From Squalus acanthias (taxonomy: Eukaryota), in NCBI GenBank assembly GCA_030390025.1, contig CM059438.1, forward strand, positions 64,544,001 through 64,608,000: a stretch of DNA of 64,000 bases, given 5' to 3'. A program made the position numbers and the translations under genes. This document shows positions 1 through 11,134 of this stretch, piece after piece. Below the pieces are notes generated by a model. That model was given only the letters and a program-made list of their open reading frames with translations. It was not told the origin of the DNA and ran no database searches. Numbering within the stretch: the first letter of the stretch is position 1; each line of letters opens with the position of its first letter.

Positions 1-355
1 GTTAAGAGCCTGTTAACTGCCTTGATAATCCTATTTTGACAGAGGTTTCCCATTTTCCTGCCTCTGGCTCCTGTTTCCCGCCTTGTCAGAAACAGTCCGG
101 CTGCAAGGAGACGAGTTGGTGGAGACATGATCTGTAGTCATTATTGGTGCAGAACTTTAAAAGCGCTCCTGTAACATGGCTGGCATTCAAATGCAACAAC
201 TTTGTTGTTGGAGGTTTGGGATAAGATTTTGCAAATCTACTGACCTTGTGACTGGTCAAGCTGACACACATCTGCTGTTTGAACTGATTGGAATAATTTC
301 AGGCCACTTTGAGTGTGCGCTTGCGAGCTTCTTGCCTCAACTGAAATCTATAACA

Positions 356-624
356 ATGGGATGAGAACCATTTCCATCCTGTCATCCTAGTTGTCAGATT
401 CAGAGGAAGAGCAGCGTGACTTAGTGCTGCCAGAGGAACAAGTGGCTCAGCACACAGCCTCCTTGGAGGAAGATGAAGAGGACGAGGAAGAAGACGAGGA
501 GGAGGACGAGGAGGAGGACGGGGAGTGACACCTTGCGGGGCCGGATGTGGCCAATTCAGCAGCAGGTGACCACATTGCTGGCTGTCAGGCAAGGGATGCA
601 CTCATCCATGCCAGATTCACATGA
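356..624 (+). pseudogene. Harbinger transposase remnant: N-terminus fused to the acidic C-terminus, DDE core deleted
   Basis: ATG at 356. From about 416 the sequence matches the C-terminal acidic tail of the copy B transposase (EEDEEDEEE...RDALIHARFT* vs ...RAGLIMARFT*). No catalytic core in between. Confidence 0.7.
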
Positions 625-909
625 GCTTACACTTCAAATCCAGGTGGCTGGCAGATGGAGATGAAGATAAGGTCAAGATTCTTAACACACCATACATCAT
701 CTGTCCAATAAATGGTGCTTTCCAATCACTGTCACTACCATCATTATAAATGGAATTAGTCCTGAGCCCTCACTGTGCAACTTCCATTTCCCAGATAACA
801 TAGACCAGAACCTCAACTGCTTGCCATCACTTTTGTTTAATGACATCACAAAAGGAGGACACTCGATAATTTACAACACAATAAAACACCCATGTGACTA
901 CCCTTGTGA

Positions 910-2826
910 CTATTTGTGTGTTAACTTCCTCTTACGCGTGCTTCTACGTGGTGCTTCCCCTGTGGCTTCAGCAGATGTAGAGGCACCTTGCTCACGTTGA
1001 TGCTGCGTCTGCCTAGATGCCTTTGGCGGGCATCCTCTGGGTTTGGGAGCCTGGGAGGACTCCTCCACAGTCTGCTCTTCCTGCGGCTATGTCGGGGCTG
1101 AGACAGCCATCTCAGTTTGGTGTGGAATCTGGGCCTCTGACTGAGGGCTCTGCAGTGGCATGGTCGTGTGAGCACTTGGAGAGGAGCCCACTCTTCCTTG
1201 TTGCCTGCCACCAACATCCATCTCATGGGTCAGCCGCACTTCAGTGCTAGCAAGTGGCTGGAGAGCACCGTGCTGCACATCAGGAAGACCATGAGGACCC
1301 GTGTCTGTACTGGCAGTCCTCATAACAAGGACGTCCATGAAACTCTGCTATCTTCTCCTCAATAGATGCCCATCTCTCCTCCATTGCAGACAATCTATTT
1401 TGAAGAGTCACCATGTTTTCATTAGTCTGGCGACTTATGTCCTCCATGCGGTTGCCACCCTCTCCATGGCGGCATGTTCATGCGCCATTGCCTCCGCAAA
1501 GACAGTGTTCATGTTGGAGATGGACTCCTCCATTTTCTCCACACTCGCAGTTACCCTGGATGCAAACCCTGTCAGAGACTCCTGCACTTGTTCCTGGAGT
1601 TCCAGCACCGCTGTCTTTCTGGATGGCCCCAGAGGCACAGCGTCTACATGCAGCTGAGCAGAGTTAGGGGAGTCGTGCGACCTCCGACGAGGACTCTCCT
1701 CTGCTGTCCCTGTCTCCACCATCTGCTGATACTCACTTGTGAGCTGTGATACACCAGGTGACAACACTGCTCTATGTCACGAAGGCCCCGCCAAGGTGTG
1801 TGTTTCTGCACTGGTGCTGGGTGCTCTGAGTCCTGGTGACGCTTCTCCCTCAGAGGCTGCAGATTCCTCTGAGGAGTCGTCTGGCTCTTCCTCCTGGACA
1901 GTGGGGCGGGGGGCTCTCGATGGTCCTGTGAGAGAGTAAAGGCATGAGTTAGACATCAGATTTTCAGGTAGCAGACACATCCTTTTGTGCAGATGATCAG
2001 AAGTCAATCTCTATGAGCATCATATGCCATTGCAGTCAATCATGAATTGTAAATGCGAGGGATGAAAATGCATTCTGTCACCAGCTTCCTCAACTGTGCC
2101 TGTCTCTCCGTCCCCCACTTCCAGCTCCTCGCCACCTCCCACGATGCCGTGAGCAGCCTCCTCAGCATTTGTTAATGTGGCCAGGGATGGTGTGCCTCCT
2201 CCTGTCCTAGCTCTCTCCCTCTTATTGTGGGCTAGCTTTTCCTGCAAGGAGGGACACAAGTGGAGTTTCAGCGAGAGTGTTGGAGTGAGTGTGAAGAATC
2301 CACAACCTAGAAGCTTAGAGGGAAACGAAGATGGGGTGAGGTGGCAAGAGGAAGCTGCCTCCCTGTGCGTTGTTAGTTGTTGTCATTGCATATCAGTGAG
2401 AGCGAGTGTGAGGGGTGCATAGTAGGATGGTGAAATAATTCAGTAGAGAGAGAGAGAGATAAAGAGGTAAGGGTGCAAGGGAAGTAAGGGTAAAGTGTGA
2501 TGTGGAGGAGCAGCTTGCCAATGCAGTGTGCTGGTGATGAGAAGAGAAGGGAAGCAGATTGAAGGTAAGTGTGATGTGATACTCACTTTTGATGTTCGCA
2601 GAAGATCATTGAAGCATTTTCGGCACTGGACCCAGGTGTGTGTACATAGCGACCTTGCACTTACCTCCTCGGCAATCTCCAGCCAGGCTGCCTTGGTTTG
2701 CTGAGGAGGCTTCCTCCAGCCATCGGGAGGGAACAGAATCTCCCTGCGTCCTCTTACTCCCTCCACGAGAGTTTGCAGGGAGTCCTGAGTGAATCGGGGA
2801 GCAGCCTTGGATTTTGCAGCACTCAT
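910..2826 (-). pseudogene. Harbinger Myb/SANT-like DNA-binding protein gene, 3 exons (2826-2587, 2241-2082, 1925-910), frameshifted
   Basis: MSAAKSKAAPRFTQDSLQTLVEGV...AWLEIAEEV...TWVQCRKCFNDL is a Myb/SANT-like pattern. GT..AG introns join it to EKLAHNKRERARTGGG. Frameshift near 1777 and further lesions downstream; basic C-terminus RRSTRKRK. Confidence 0.85.
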
Positions 2827-3088
2827 GGTCACCTTGGCCCATTCAAGCTGCAGCAGTAATGAGAAATGAGAGGCTGAGGCTACATGGAGCCCTTAAAAAG
2901 CAATGACCTCATCAGTGCAGACCAACAGACCCACTCCCAGACAATGCAGCAGGCAGCGCGCACGACAGGACTAATTGGTCCAATTAAATCAAAATGGGAC
3001 ATCGGGGGCGGCTGAAACCGGCAGCAGGTCCGAAACTGCTCACCTGGCGGCCCGCCTTCAACCCGCCTCCATTAGTAAAATTGAGCCC

Positions 3089-5590
3089 TTTGTTTTCTGT
3101 TAGTTAGCCAATCCTCTCTCCATGCTAATATATTACCCCAACCCCGTGAGCTCTTATCTTGTGCAGTAACCTTTTATGTGGCAACTTATCGAATGTCTTC
3201 TGGAAGTCCAAGTACACTACATCTACTGGTTCCCCTTTATCCACCCTGCTCGTTACACCCTCAAAGAACTCTAGTAAATTTGCCAAACACGATTTCCCTT
3301 TCATAAAACCATGTTGACTCTGCTTGATTGTATTATGATTTTCTAAATGTCCTGCTATTACTTCCTTAATAATGGATTCCAGCATTTTCCCAATGACAGA
3401 TGTTAGGCTAACTGGCCTATAGTTTCTTGCTTTTTGCCTCCCTCCTTTCTTGAATAGGGGCGTTATATTTGCGGTTTTCCAATCCGTTGGGACCTCTCCA
3501 GAATCTAGGGAATTTTGGTAGATTACAACCAACACATCCACTATCTCTGCAGCCACTTCTTTTAAGACCCTAGGATGCAGGCCATCAGGTCCAGGGGACT
3601 TGTCAGCCTTTAGTCCCATTAGTTTGCTTAATACTTTTTCTCTAGTGATAGTGATTGTTTTAAGTTCCTCCCTCCCTATAGCCTCTTGATTATCAATTAT
3701 TATTGGGATGCTTTTAGTGTCTTCTACCGTGAAGACCGATACAAAATATTTGTTCAAAGTCTCTGCCATTTCCCTGTTCCCCATTATTAATTCCCCAGTC
3801 CTATCCTCTAAGGGACCAACGTTTACTTTAGCTACTTTCTTCCCTTTTATATACCTGTAGAAGCTCTTACTGTCTGTTTTTATAATTTTTGTTAGTTTAC
3901 TTTCATAAACTATCTTCTCCCTCTTTATAATTTTTTTAGTCATCCTTTGCTGGTTTCTAAAAATTTCCCAATCCTCTGGCCTACCACTAATCTTCGCAAC
4001 ATTGTATGTCTTTTCTTTCAATTTGATATCATCCTTAACTTCCTTAGTTAGTCACGGATGGTTCATCCTTCTCGTAGAGTCTTTCTTTCTCACTGGAATA
4101 AACCTTTGCTGAGAATTATGAAATATCTCCTTAAATGTCTGCCACTGCTTATCTACCATCTTACCCTTTAATCTATTTCCCCAGTCCACTTTAGCCAACG
4201 CTGTCTTCATACCTTTGTAATTGCCTTTATTTAAGTTTTGGACACTAGTTTCAGACACGAGTTTCTCACCCTCAAACTGAATTTGAAATTCAATCATGCT
4301 ATAGTCACTCTTCCCTAGAGGATCCATTACAATGTGATCATTAATTAATCCTGTCTCATTACACATTACCAGATCTAAAATAGCCTGCTCCCTGGTTGGT
4401 TCCACAATGTATTGTTCTAAGAAACCATCCCAAATACATTCTATGAACTCGTCCTCAAGGCTACCCTTGACATTTTGATTTGTCCAATCTATATGAAGAT
4501 TAAAATCGCCCATGATTATTGCAGTACCTTTCTTACAAGCCCCTATTACTTCTTGATTTATACTCTGTCCTACAGTGTAGCTACTGTTAGGGGGTCGATA
4601 GACCACTCCCGCCAGTGACTTCTTTCCCATACTATTTCTTATCTCCACCCAAACTGATTCTACATCCTGATCTTCTGAGCCAATATCATTTCTCACCACT
4701 GCACTGATCTCATCCTTTATTAACAGAGCTACCTCACCTCCTTTTCCTTTCTGCCTATCCTTCCAAAATGTCAAATACCCCTGAATATTCAGTTCCCAGC
4801 CTTGGTCACTTTGCAACCACGTCTCTGTAATGGCTATCAGATCATACCCATTTATTTCTATTTGTGCCGTCTACTCATCTATCTTCTTACAAATGCTGCA
4901 TGCATTCAGATAAAGAGCTTTTAATTTTTTCTTTATACCATTTTTACCTACTCTGAAACTATTTTCTAGTGCATGCTTATGTTCATAGGGTCTGTCCCTT
5001 CCTGTCACACTCTAGTTATCATTACCCCTATCACTACCCTGCACTATTGCCTTCTCCTATCTCTTTGACTTTCTAAATTCCCCTTCACCTGAACCCTCCC
5101 CCCCACTATTTAGTTTAAAGCCCTACCTACCACCCTAGTTATTCGATTCGCCAGGACACTGGTCCCAGCATAGTTCAAGTGAAGCCCGTCCCAACAGAAC
5201 AGCTCCCTCTTTCCCCAGTACTGGTGCCAGTGCCCCATGAATCAAAACCCATTTCTCCCACACCAATCTTTGAGCCACGCATTCATCTCTCTGATCTTAT
5301 TGACCCTATGTCAATTTGCTCGTGGCTCAGGTAGTAATCCAGAGATTATTACCTTTGTGATTCTGCTTTTTAATTTGGCCCCTAGCTGCTCATACTCCTT
5401 TTAGCAGAACCTCTTTCTTAGTCTTACCTATGTCATTGGTACCTACGTGGACCATGACAACTGGATCTTTCCCCTCCCACTCCAAGTTCCTCTCGAGCCC
5501 CGAGGAGATGTCCTTAACCTTGGCACCGGGCAGGCAACATAGCCTTCGGGACACACGCTCTCGGCTGCAGAGAACAGTTTCTATCCAACT
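3089..5590 (-). mobile_element. CR1 LINE: ORF1 SGNH/esterase region plus ORF2 endonuclease and N-terminal RT, 3'-truncated at the Harbinger end
   Basis: ORF 4052-4816 has APE motifs (VYRPP, MGDFN, LDLV). ORF 3125-4021 has KSPGPDGLHPRVLKE, NYRPVSLTS, QHGF, YLDFQKTFD. VHVGTNDIG is encoded near 5430-5455. Confidence 0.92.
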
Positions 5591-6002
5591 GGAACACGGA
5601 ATTGTAAGATGACGAAGGCTTTGTCAGTTAATCTGTAAGCAGCAGATCACCCAGTGCTGTACAGCTCAGAACAGGGGTGACGACTCCAATCCGTGTGCAT
5701 TGGGTGGGGTGGAGGAAAGATGCTGCCCAGTGTGACCTGTGGGGTAAGGGGGCAGTAGAGAGCCACGGTGCACTGATTACTTTGAGACAGTTTCAAAATT
5801 TTTTGAAACTCCTGCTCAGTTTTTGTAGATTCCTCGGCTGGTATGCTCCTGGTCACAGCTGATGCTCCTGCTGCTTTCTTTCTGGGATCACACTCCAAGC
5901 CTTGAGTAGAATATTGGGAATTGCCAGCTGTAGGACAGATTCCGATCATGGGATTAAATGGCTGTACCAGAGAAGAACTGTAGCCTGGACTGCAGGAAGC
6001 AG

Positions 6003-6260
6003 TAGGGTTGCCAACCCTCCAGGATTGGCCTGGAGGCTCCAGGAATCTCTTGGACCCACCACCCCCCGCTGCGAACAACCCGGGAGAAAAAACTCATTGG
6101 GGTGGTAACAATTTTTTTTTCATTTTCTTTGCACACTCTAGTTTATTATAAAAGATATTGGCGATGGAGATGGAGAAAAGATTATTTGGCGGGCGGTTGA
6201 AGCTGGGAAGTCATGTGATAAAACCTCCAGGAATACAACCAACCAGAGTTGGCAACTGTG
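6003..6260. mobile_element. hAT-type MITE
   Basis: Termini TAGGGTTGCCAAC...GTTGGCAACTGTG; imperfect 8-bp TSD GGAAGCAG/CTAAGCAG. Confidence 0.6.
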
Positions 6261-7809
6261 CTAAGCAGTTGTTACTTACATTTCCTATATTTTATAGATT
6301 TTGTTTTTAAGATATCAATCAAAATTTTAAAAAAATATTTTAAAATGAACTCAAAATACCAAATGTAATCTTAAAAATGTTACCTTTAGCAGGGAAGCAT
6401 GCCCTGACCTTCAGGGGGTAAGGGGGGCGGGATTTGGAAAATTGTTGCTTCAGCCCCATGGGGATGTTATCTAACCATCTAAAATAATTGGGTAATGACA
6501 GGGATTTTCTCTGGGAATAATGTGCTGCCACGTGCAATAAAGTGCAATGTCTTTATTAGGACTTCCAAGCAAAAAAAATGTGCCGTGGTATTCTATGCTT
6601 GGTATCAATTATATCCCATTTACTCAGCATCAAAGTTGGATATTGCAAGTGCCCCAGTCCTTTTCAAAAATGTCACATCTTCTCTGAAGATCGGAATGAA
6701 CTCCAGAACGTTATTGAACCTCTCCACCTCCCTGATGCTCGTTCAGCAACTGTCATGGCATTTAATGAAGTTTGTGAGTCGTAGCTTACAAGACTTGCTT
6801 TTAGCCAGAGGTTTTCTGTCAGTCTATTCTCATTTAAATTCTGTTTGTTTTAGCTCGAGCTCTTTGACAAAATCATTTCTTTTTAATTCATTCATTCCAT
6901 CCACATATCAAAACGCATTAAATCTCCTGCTCTGTTCAGAGTGTCGGTTGATAAATTCACCCGAGAGATAGCGTGACAATAATAGCACTGCTTTGGCCGT
7001 GTAGAAGCAGCAAGCAAAAATGACTGTCGCTGTGAATGTTCCTGTCATCTCATTTCCGCCATGGATCTGTTCCACTTGCTTGCCTGGCATATCAGATCAT
7101 TAGCAGGGTAAATATAGAAGACAATTGATTGCACGGTATAATTTTAGCCTTTGACGCGCATGCTTTGTATGCTGCAGTACTTGATTAAAGATAGCAAATA
7201 AAAATCTCCATTGAAAAATATAATTGTGTAAGATGGTCACGCAATTATGAGGTGCAGGAATACGTATAGAGGCACGGCAGTTTGACAGGCTTGACTGCAG
7301 TTTAATAGGAAGTAGGGCACATCTTCAATTTAACCACTTGAACTTGTTAGAATTTCATTAAAATATTGATTTTTGCTTGAATGAGATTATTGTCTACCTG
7401 CTCTAAGTGAGTAGGCGTGCATGTCCCCTTGGTAAACCTTGCGTGGAGGGAGGAGAACCAAACGAGTTTTGTGTTATTCTTCACGCAATGATATCCTCTC
7501 CCCTACCGTGCTCCTTCTCATCAGTGACTTCCTCCACTCATCATCCAACCGTGTTCATTCTTTTGCTGCTGATTCCACTCTACATCCATACGTTTTGCTA
7601 ACAACCTCCAGCCCTCTTGCAGTGCCAGAGCTGAATCACTGCCTTCAGTAAGATAACCAAAGTCTTGCTTCCTTTAGCTCCTGAAACACACTCCAGGTGG
7701 ATTCCCCGCTCAGGCCTGACTTTAAATTACAGTTGGGTCTCAATGATGTCATCGGGCCACACCGTGCATATGTAAAGAAGGACCCTCTTGGCTCTGGGTG
7801 CGTATCCTT

Positions 7810-8367
7810 GAGTATTGTGTGCAGTTTTGGTCGCCTTATCTAAGGAACGATGTTCTTGCCATGGAGGGAGTGCAGCGAAGATTTACCAGACTGATACCTG
7901 GGATGGCAGGAATGACGTATGAGAGAGATTGGGACGATTGGGCTTGTATTCGCTAGAGTTCAGAAGAATGAGAGGGGATCTCATTGAAACTTATAAAATT
8001 CGAACAGGACTAGACAGACTAGATGCAGGAAGGATGTTCCCGATGGCGGGGGAGTCCAGAACCAGGGGTCACAGTCTAAGGATAAGGGGTAAGCCATTTA
8101 GGACTGAGATGAGGAGGAATTTCTTCACCCAGAGAGTGGTGAACCTGTGGAATTCTCTACCACAGAAGGCAGTTGAGGCCAATTCATTAAATATATTCAA
8201 GAAGGAGTTAGATATATTTCTTAAGGCTAAAGGGATCAAGGGATATGGGGAGAAAGCAGGGACAGGGTACTGAATTCGGATGATCAGCCATGATCTCATT
8301 AAATGGCGGAGCAGGCTCGAGGGGCCGAATGGCCTACTCCTGCTCCTATCTTCTATGTTTCTATGTT
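7810..8367 (+). mobile_element. CR1 LINE 3' fragment, nested in a Harbinger-like MITE remnant (about 7695-8495)
   Basis: LGLYSLEFRRMRGDLIETYKI...FFTQRVVNLWNSLP, then a 3' UTR ending (TTCTATGT)n. Confidence 0.9.
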
Positions 8368-8547
8368 TCCTTGCTGCCTGCTCAGGACAGCAGATTAAAA
8401 ATTGCAGATGTTGCGATCATGTCAGCTTTCGGACAGGGCGATTTTAACTGCCCACCCGTCAGGTTTCTGCTGATCAGGTAGGGTTAACATCGCCCACCCC
8501 CCATAGTCTCTCCGTGAATTTCACAAGTCTAATTAATTGATACCCGT

Positions 8548-8729
8548 GGATGAAGAATTCATCTTGGTGGAAGCGCAAAACGGGCGATAACGAATCGGTG
8601 ACCTGTTTTACACTCCGCCCGATTTTCCGTTTCCATCGACTTCAATGGAAAAGAAGATTGGGAGAGGTGTAAAACGGGTTACCGATTCGCTATTGCCGTT
8701 TTGCGCTACCACCAAGACTAATTTCAACC
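8548..8729. mobile_element. Short palindromic (hairpin) MITE
   Basis: Arms TCTTGGTGGAAGCGCAAAACGG... and ...CCGTTTTGCGCTACCACCAAGA around the centre CCATCGACTTCAATGG. Confidence 0.7.
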
Positions 8730-8985
8730 TCACCCTTGGCTTTGGACTCCCCTCTGTGAAATGGTGAGGTTTTGTTCCTGTCTTGTGTTTTCCCTTTTCC
8801 CTCCCTTCCTAATGATGTTGCCTCATATATTGGGTTAAGCTTCCTGAGGTGCAACTTGCCCTGCAATAACTCCCCCAAATGACAATTCATGTTTGAGCCA
8901 TGACAGTTTGTGCTGTTAGACAATCCAAACTGGTGTTGTCCTCAGCTGATGTACACATTTAGGCACCTCCAATAGGGGACACTGT

Positions 8986-9719
8986 GGGCTGGATTTTGAT
9001 ACTGGGGCGGGTTGGGGTCGTGTCATCCACATTTCGTGTTATCCACCCGACTGCAATTGGATGTGGGAGATTGATGCAATTTTCACTTAATTGAGCAATT
9101 GAGTTCCAACATGTGGGAACCCATGAACCAATTAGTGGTTTCAGTCTGAAAGTCGCCTCTGATGATGTCATCATTGCAGGTCAGAGACTGCCTGGCATTT
9201 GCTGTGAGAGGACCTGGATGCAAAATGAGCAGCATCTCAGAGAGAGAGAGAGAGAGAATTTTTTTTCCAACCAAGTCCTCCCAGGCAGTCTCTGAAGACA
9301 TTCAATGCAGCAGCATCAGAGGCGACTTTCACACCTAATACTACTACTACCTTCATCACAATACTACTACTACCTTCATCACATCTCGGTTGTAATAGTG
9401 GACCTGCAGCTGATAGTCAGCTATCCACTTGTGCTCCCGCCAGGTTTCACTGGCATGTTTCACATCAGGCGTACTTCACGTCGGAAAAGGGTTAAACTAG
9501 CTAAAACATTTCAAAATGGCATTACAGAGCCAATTTAGGGCTTGTTAAGGGCTTTAATGGCCTCTCCCGCCTCTTGGAGGCGGGACGGAGTCGGGAACCC
9601 CACGACCGATTTTGTCAAAATTGCATGGAGGCGGAATGGAGTCGGGACCCCCGAATCTGCAACTTTAACCCCCCACACGCCTCCAAACCCGACTCTATGG
9701 GTCATTGAAAATCCAGCCC
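8986..9719. mobile_element. Harbinger-type MITE, family M1
   Basis: TIR GGGCTGGATTTT/AAAATCCAGCCC, 3-bp TSD TGT; homologous to 45395-46023. Confidence 0.9.
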
Positions 9720-10929
9720 TGTGTAACGATGAGGAGTGGGAGCCATGGTAAACTTACGCTTTTCCCCAAGCAAGGGTTACTGCAGCCAAGTCTAGGATCA
9801 TGACTGCCACCCTGGCTAAGTTCAATTGACTCAGCACAGACTGTGGCTCAAACGTGGGACCTTCCTAGGCCCAAAAAGGGAAGCTGGACCTCTGATCCAT
9901 TGAACTGGCCTACATTATGAGGAGCGTCAGTGTGATTTACCTCATCTAACACTTGAATTGCTTCTGTAATTATACTCAGAGAAAAAACTAATGCAAAATC
10001 AATCGCTCAGTCATTAATACTTGGGTAATCATTGGTAACTTTGGAACTGCTTCTGGTCATTTAAGGCAGGGGATCGATTGCTTTGTTAATTCTTCACATC
10101 TTAGACACCAAGCAATATGCTCCCAATCCAACCCTGGAAAAGAGCCTGATTATTTCATTCAGCCCAGAGGCTGCTCCAATACAGCTGTTGAATTCTGTAG
10201 CTTTAGGCAGCAAATTTATGTTCATTACAGAACAAGCTGAAACTCTTTGAATATTTTGGTAACAGTGTGTTAACTAAAGGCAATTGTGTTTCAATAACTG
10301 TGAATTCAGTAACCATGATTAATGAGAACACAAGAATGCAGGCAACTGGCAACTCATAGAATCATAGGATGATAAGGCAACAGGAGGCCATTTGGCCCAT
10401 CGTGCCTGTGCCGGCACTTTGAAAGACCTCTCCAATTAGTCCCACTCCCCTGCTCTTTCTCCATAGACCTGCAAATGTTTCCCCTTCAATTATATATGCA
10501 ATTCCCTTTTGAAAGTTATTATCGAATCTGCTTCCACCACCCTTTCAGGCAGTGCATTGCAGATCATAACAATTCGCTGTGTAAAAAAAATTCTCCTCAT
10601 CTCGCCTCTGGTCCTTTTGTCAATGACCTTAAATCTGTGTCCTCTGGTTACTGAACCTTCTGTTATTGGAAACAGTTTCTCCTTATTTACTCTATCAAAA
10701 CCGTTCATGATTTTAAACACCTCTATTAAATCTCCCCTTAACCTTCTCTGCTCTAAGGAGAAGTACCCCAGCTTCTCTAGTCGTTTCACGTAACTGAAAT
10801 CTTTCATTCCTGGTACCGATCTAGTAAGTCTCCTCTGCACCCTCTCTAAGGCCTTAACATCGTTCCTAAAGTGCGGTGCCCAGAATTGGACACAATACTC
10901 CAGCCTGGGGCCTAACCAGTAATTATAAA

Positions 10930-11134
10930 TGTGAGAAGTCGCACAACACCAGGTTATAGTCCAACAGTTTTATTTGAAATCACAAGCTTTCGGAGCGCTG
11001 CTCCTTCGTCAGGTGAAGCAGGAACAGCGCTCCGAAAGCTTGTGATTTCAAATAAAATTGTTGGACTATAACCTGGTGTTGTGCGACTTCACACATTTGT
11101 CCACCCCAGTCCAACACCGGCATCTCCACATCAT
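10930..11134. mobile_element. Penelope-like element terminal repeat, inverted arrangement
   Basis: Inverted repeat of about 75 bp (10931-11004 / 11021-11093), flanked by a 12-bp TSD AGTAATTATAAA (10918-10929, 11135-11146). Confidence 0.8.
10980..11016 (-). ncRNA. Minimal type I hammerhead ribozyme motif
   Basis: Minus strand: TCAC-CTGACGA-A-GGAGC agc GCTCC-GAAA-GC-TT-GTGA. Helix I TCAC/GTGA, 5-bp helix II, palindromic AAGCTT helix III. Confidence 0.75.

Larger units (their letters stand above)
1..3088. mobile_element. PIF/Harbinger DNA transposon, deletion derivative (copy A); left end lies outside the window
   Basis: Right end ...AAAATTGAGCCC (3088) is a GGGCnnnATTTT-type TIR. Contains a Myb/SANT-like gene (-) convergent with a transposase remnant (+), the same layout as 58269-62204. 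Confidence 0.85.

Noticed and set aside
470..520. (GAG/GAA/GAC)n repeat and overlapping Pro- or Arg-rich ORFs
   Set aside because: This is the acidic tail of the Harbinger transposase; the listed ORFs are off-frame or antisense shadows.
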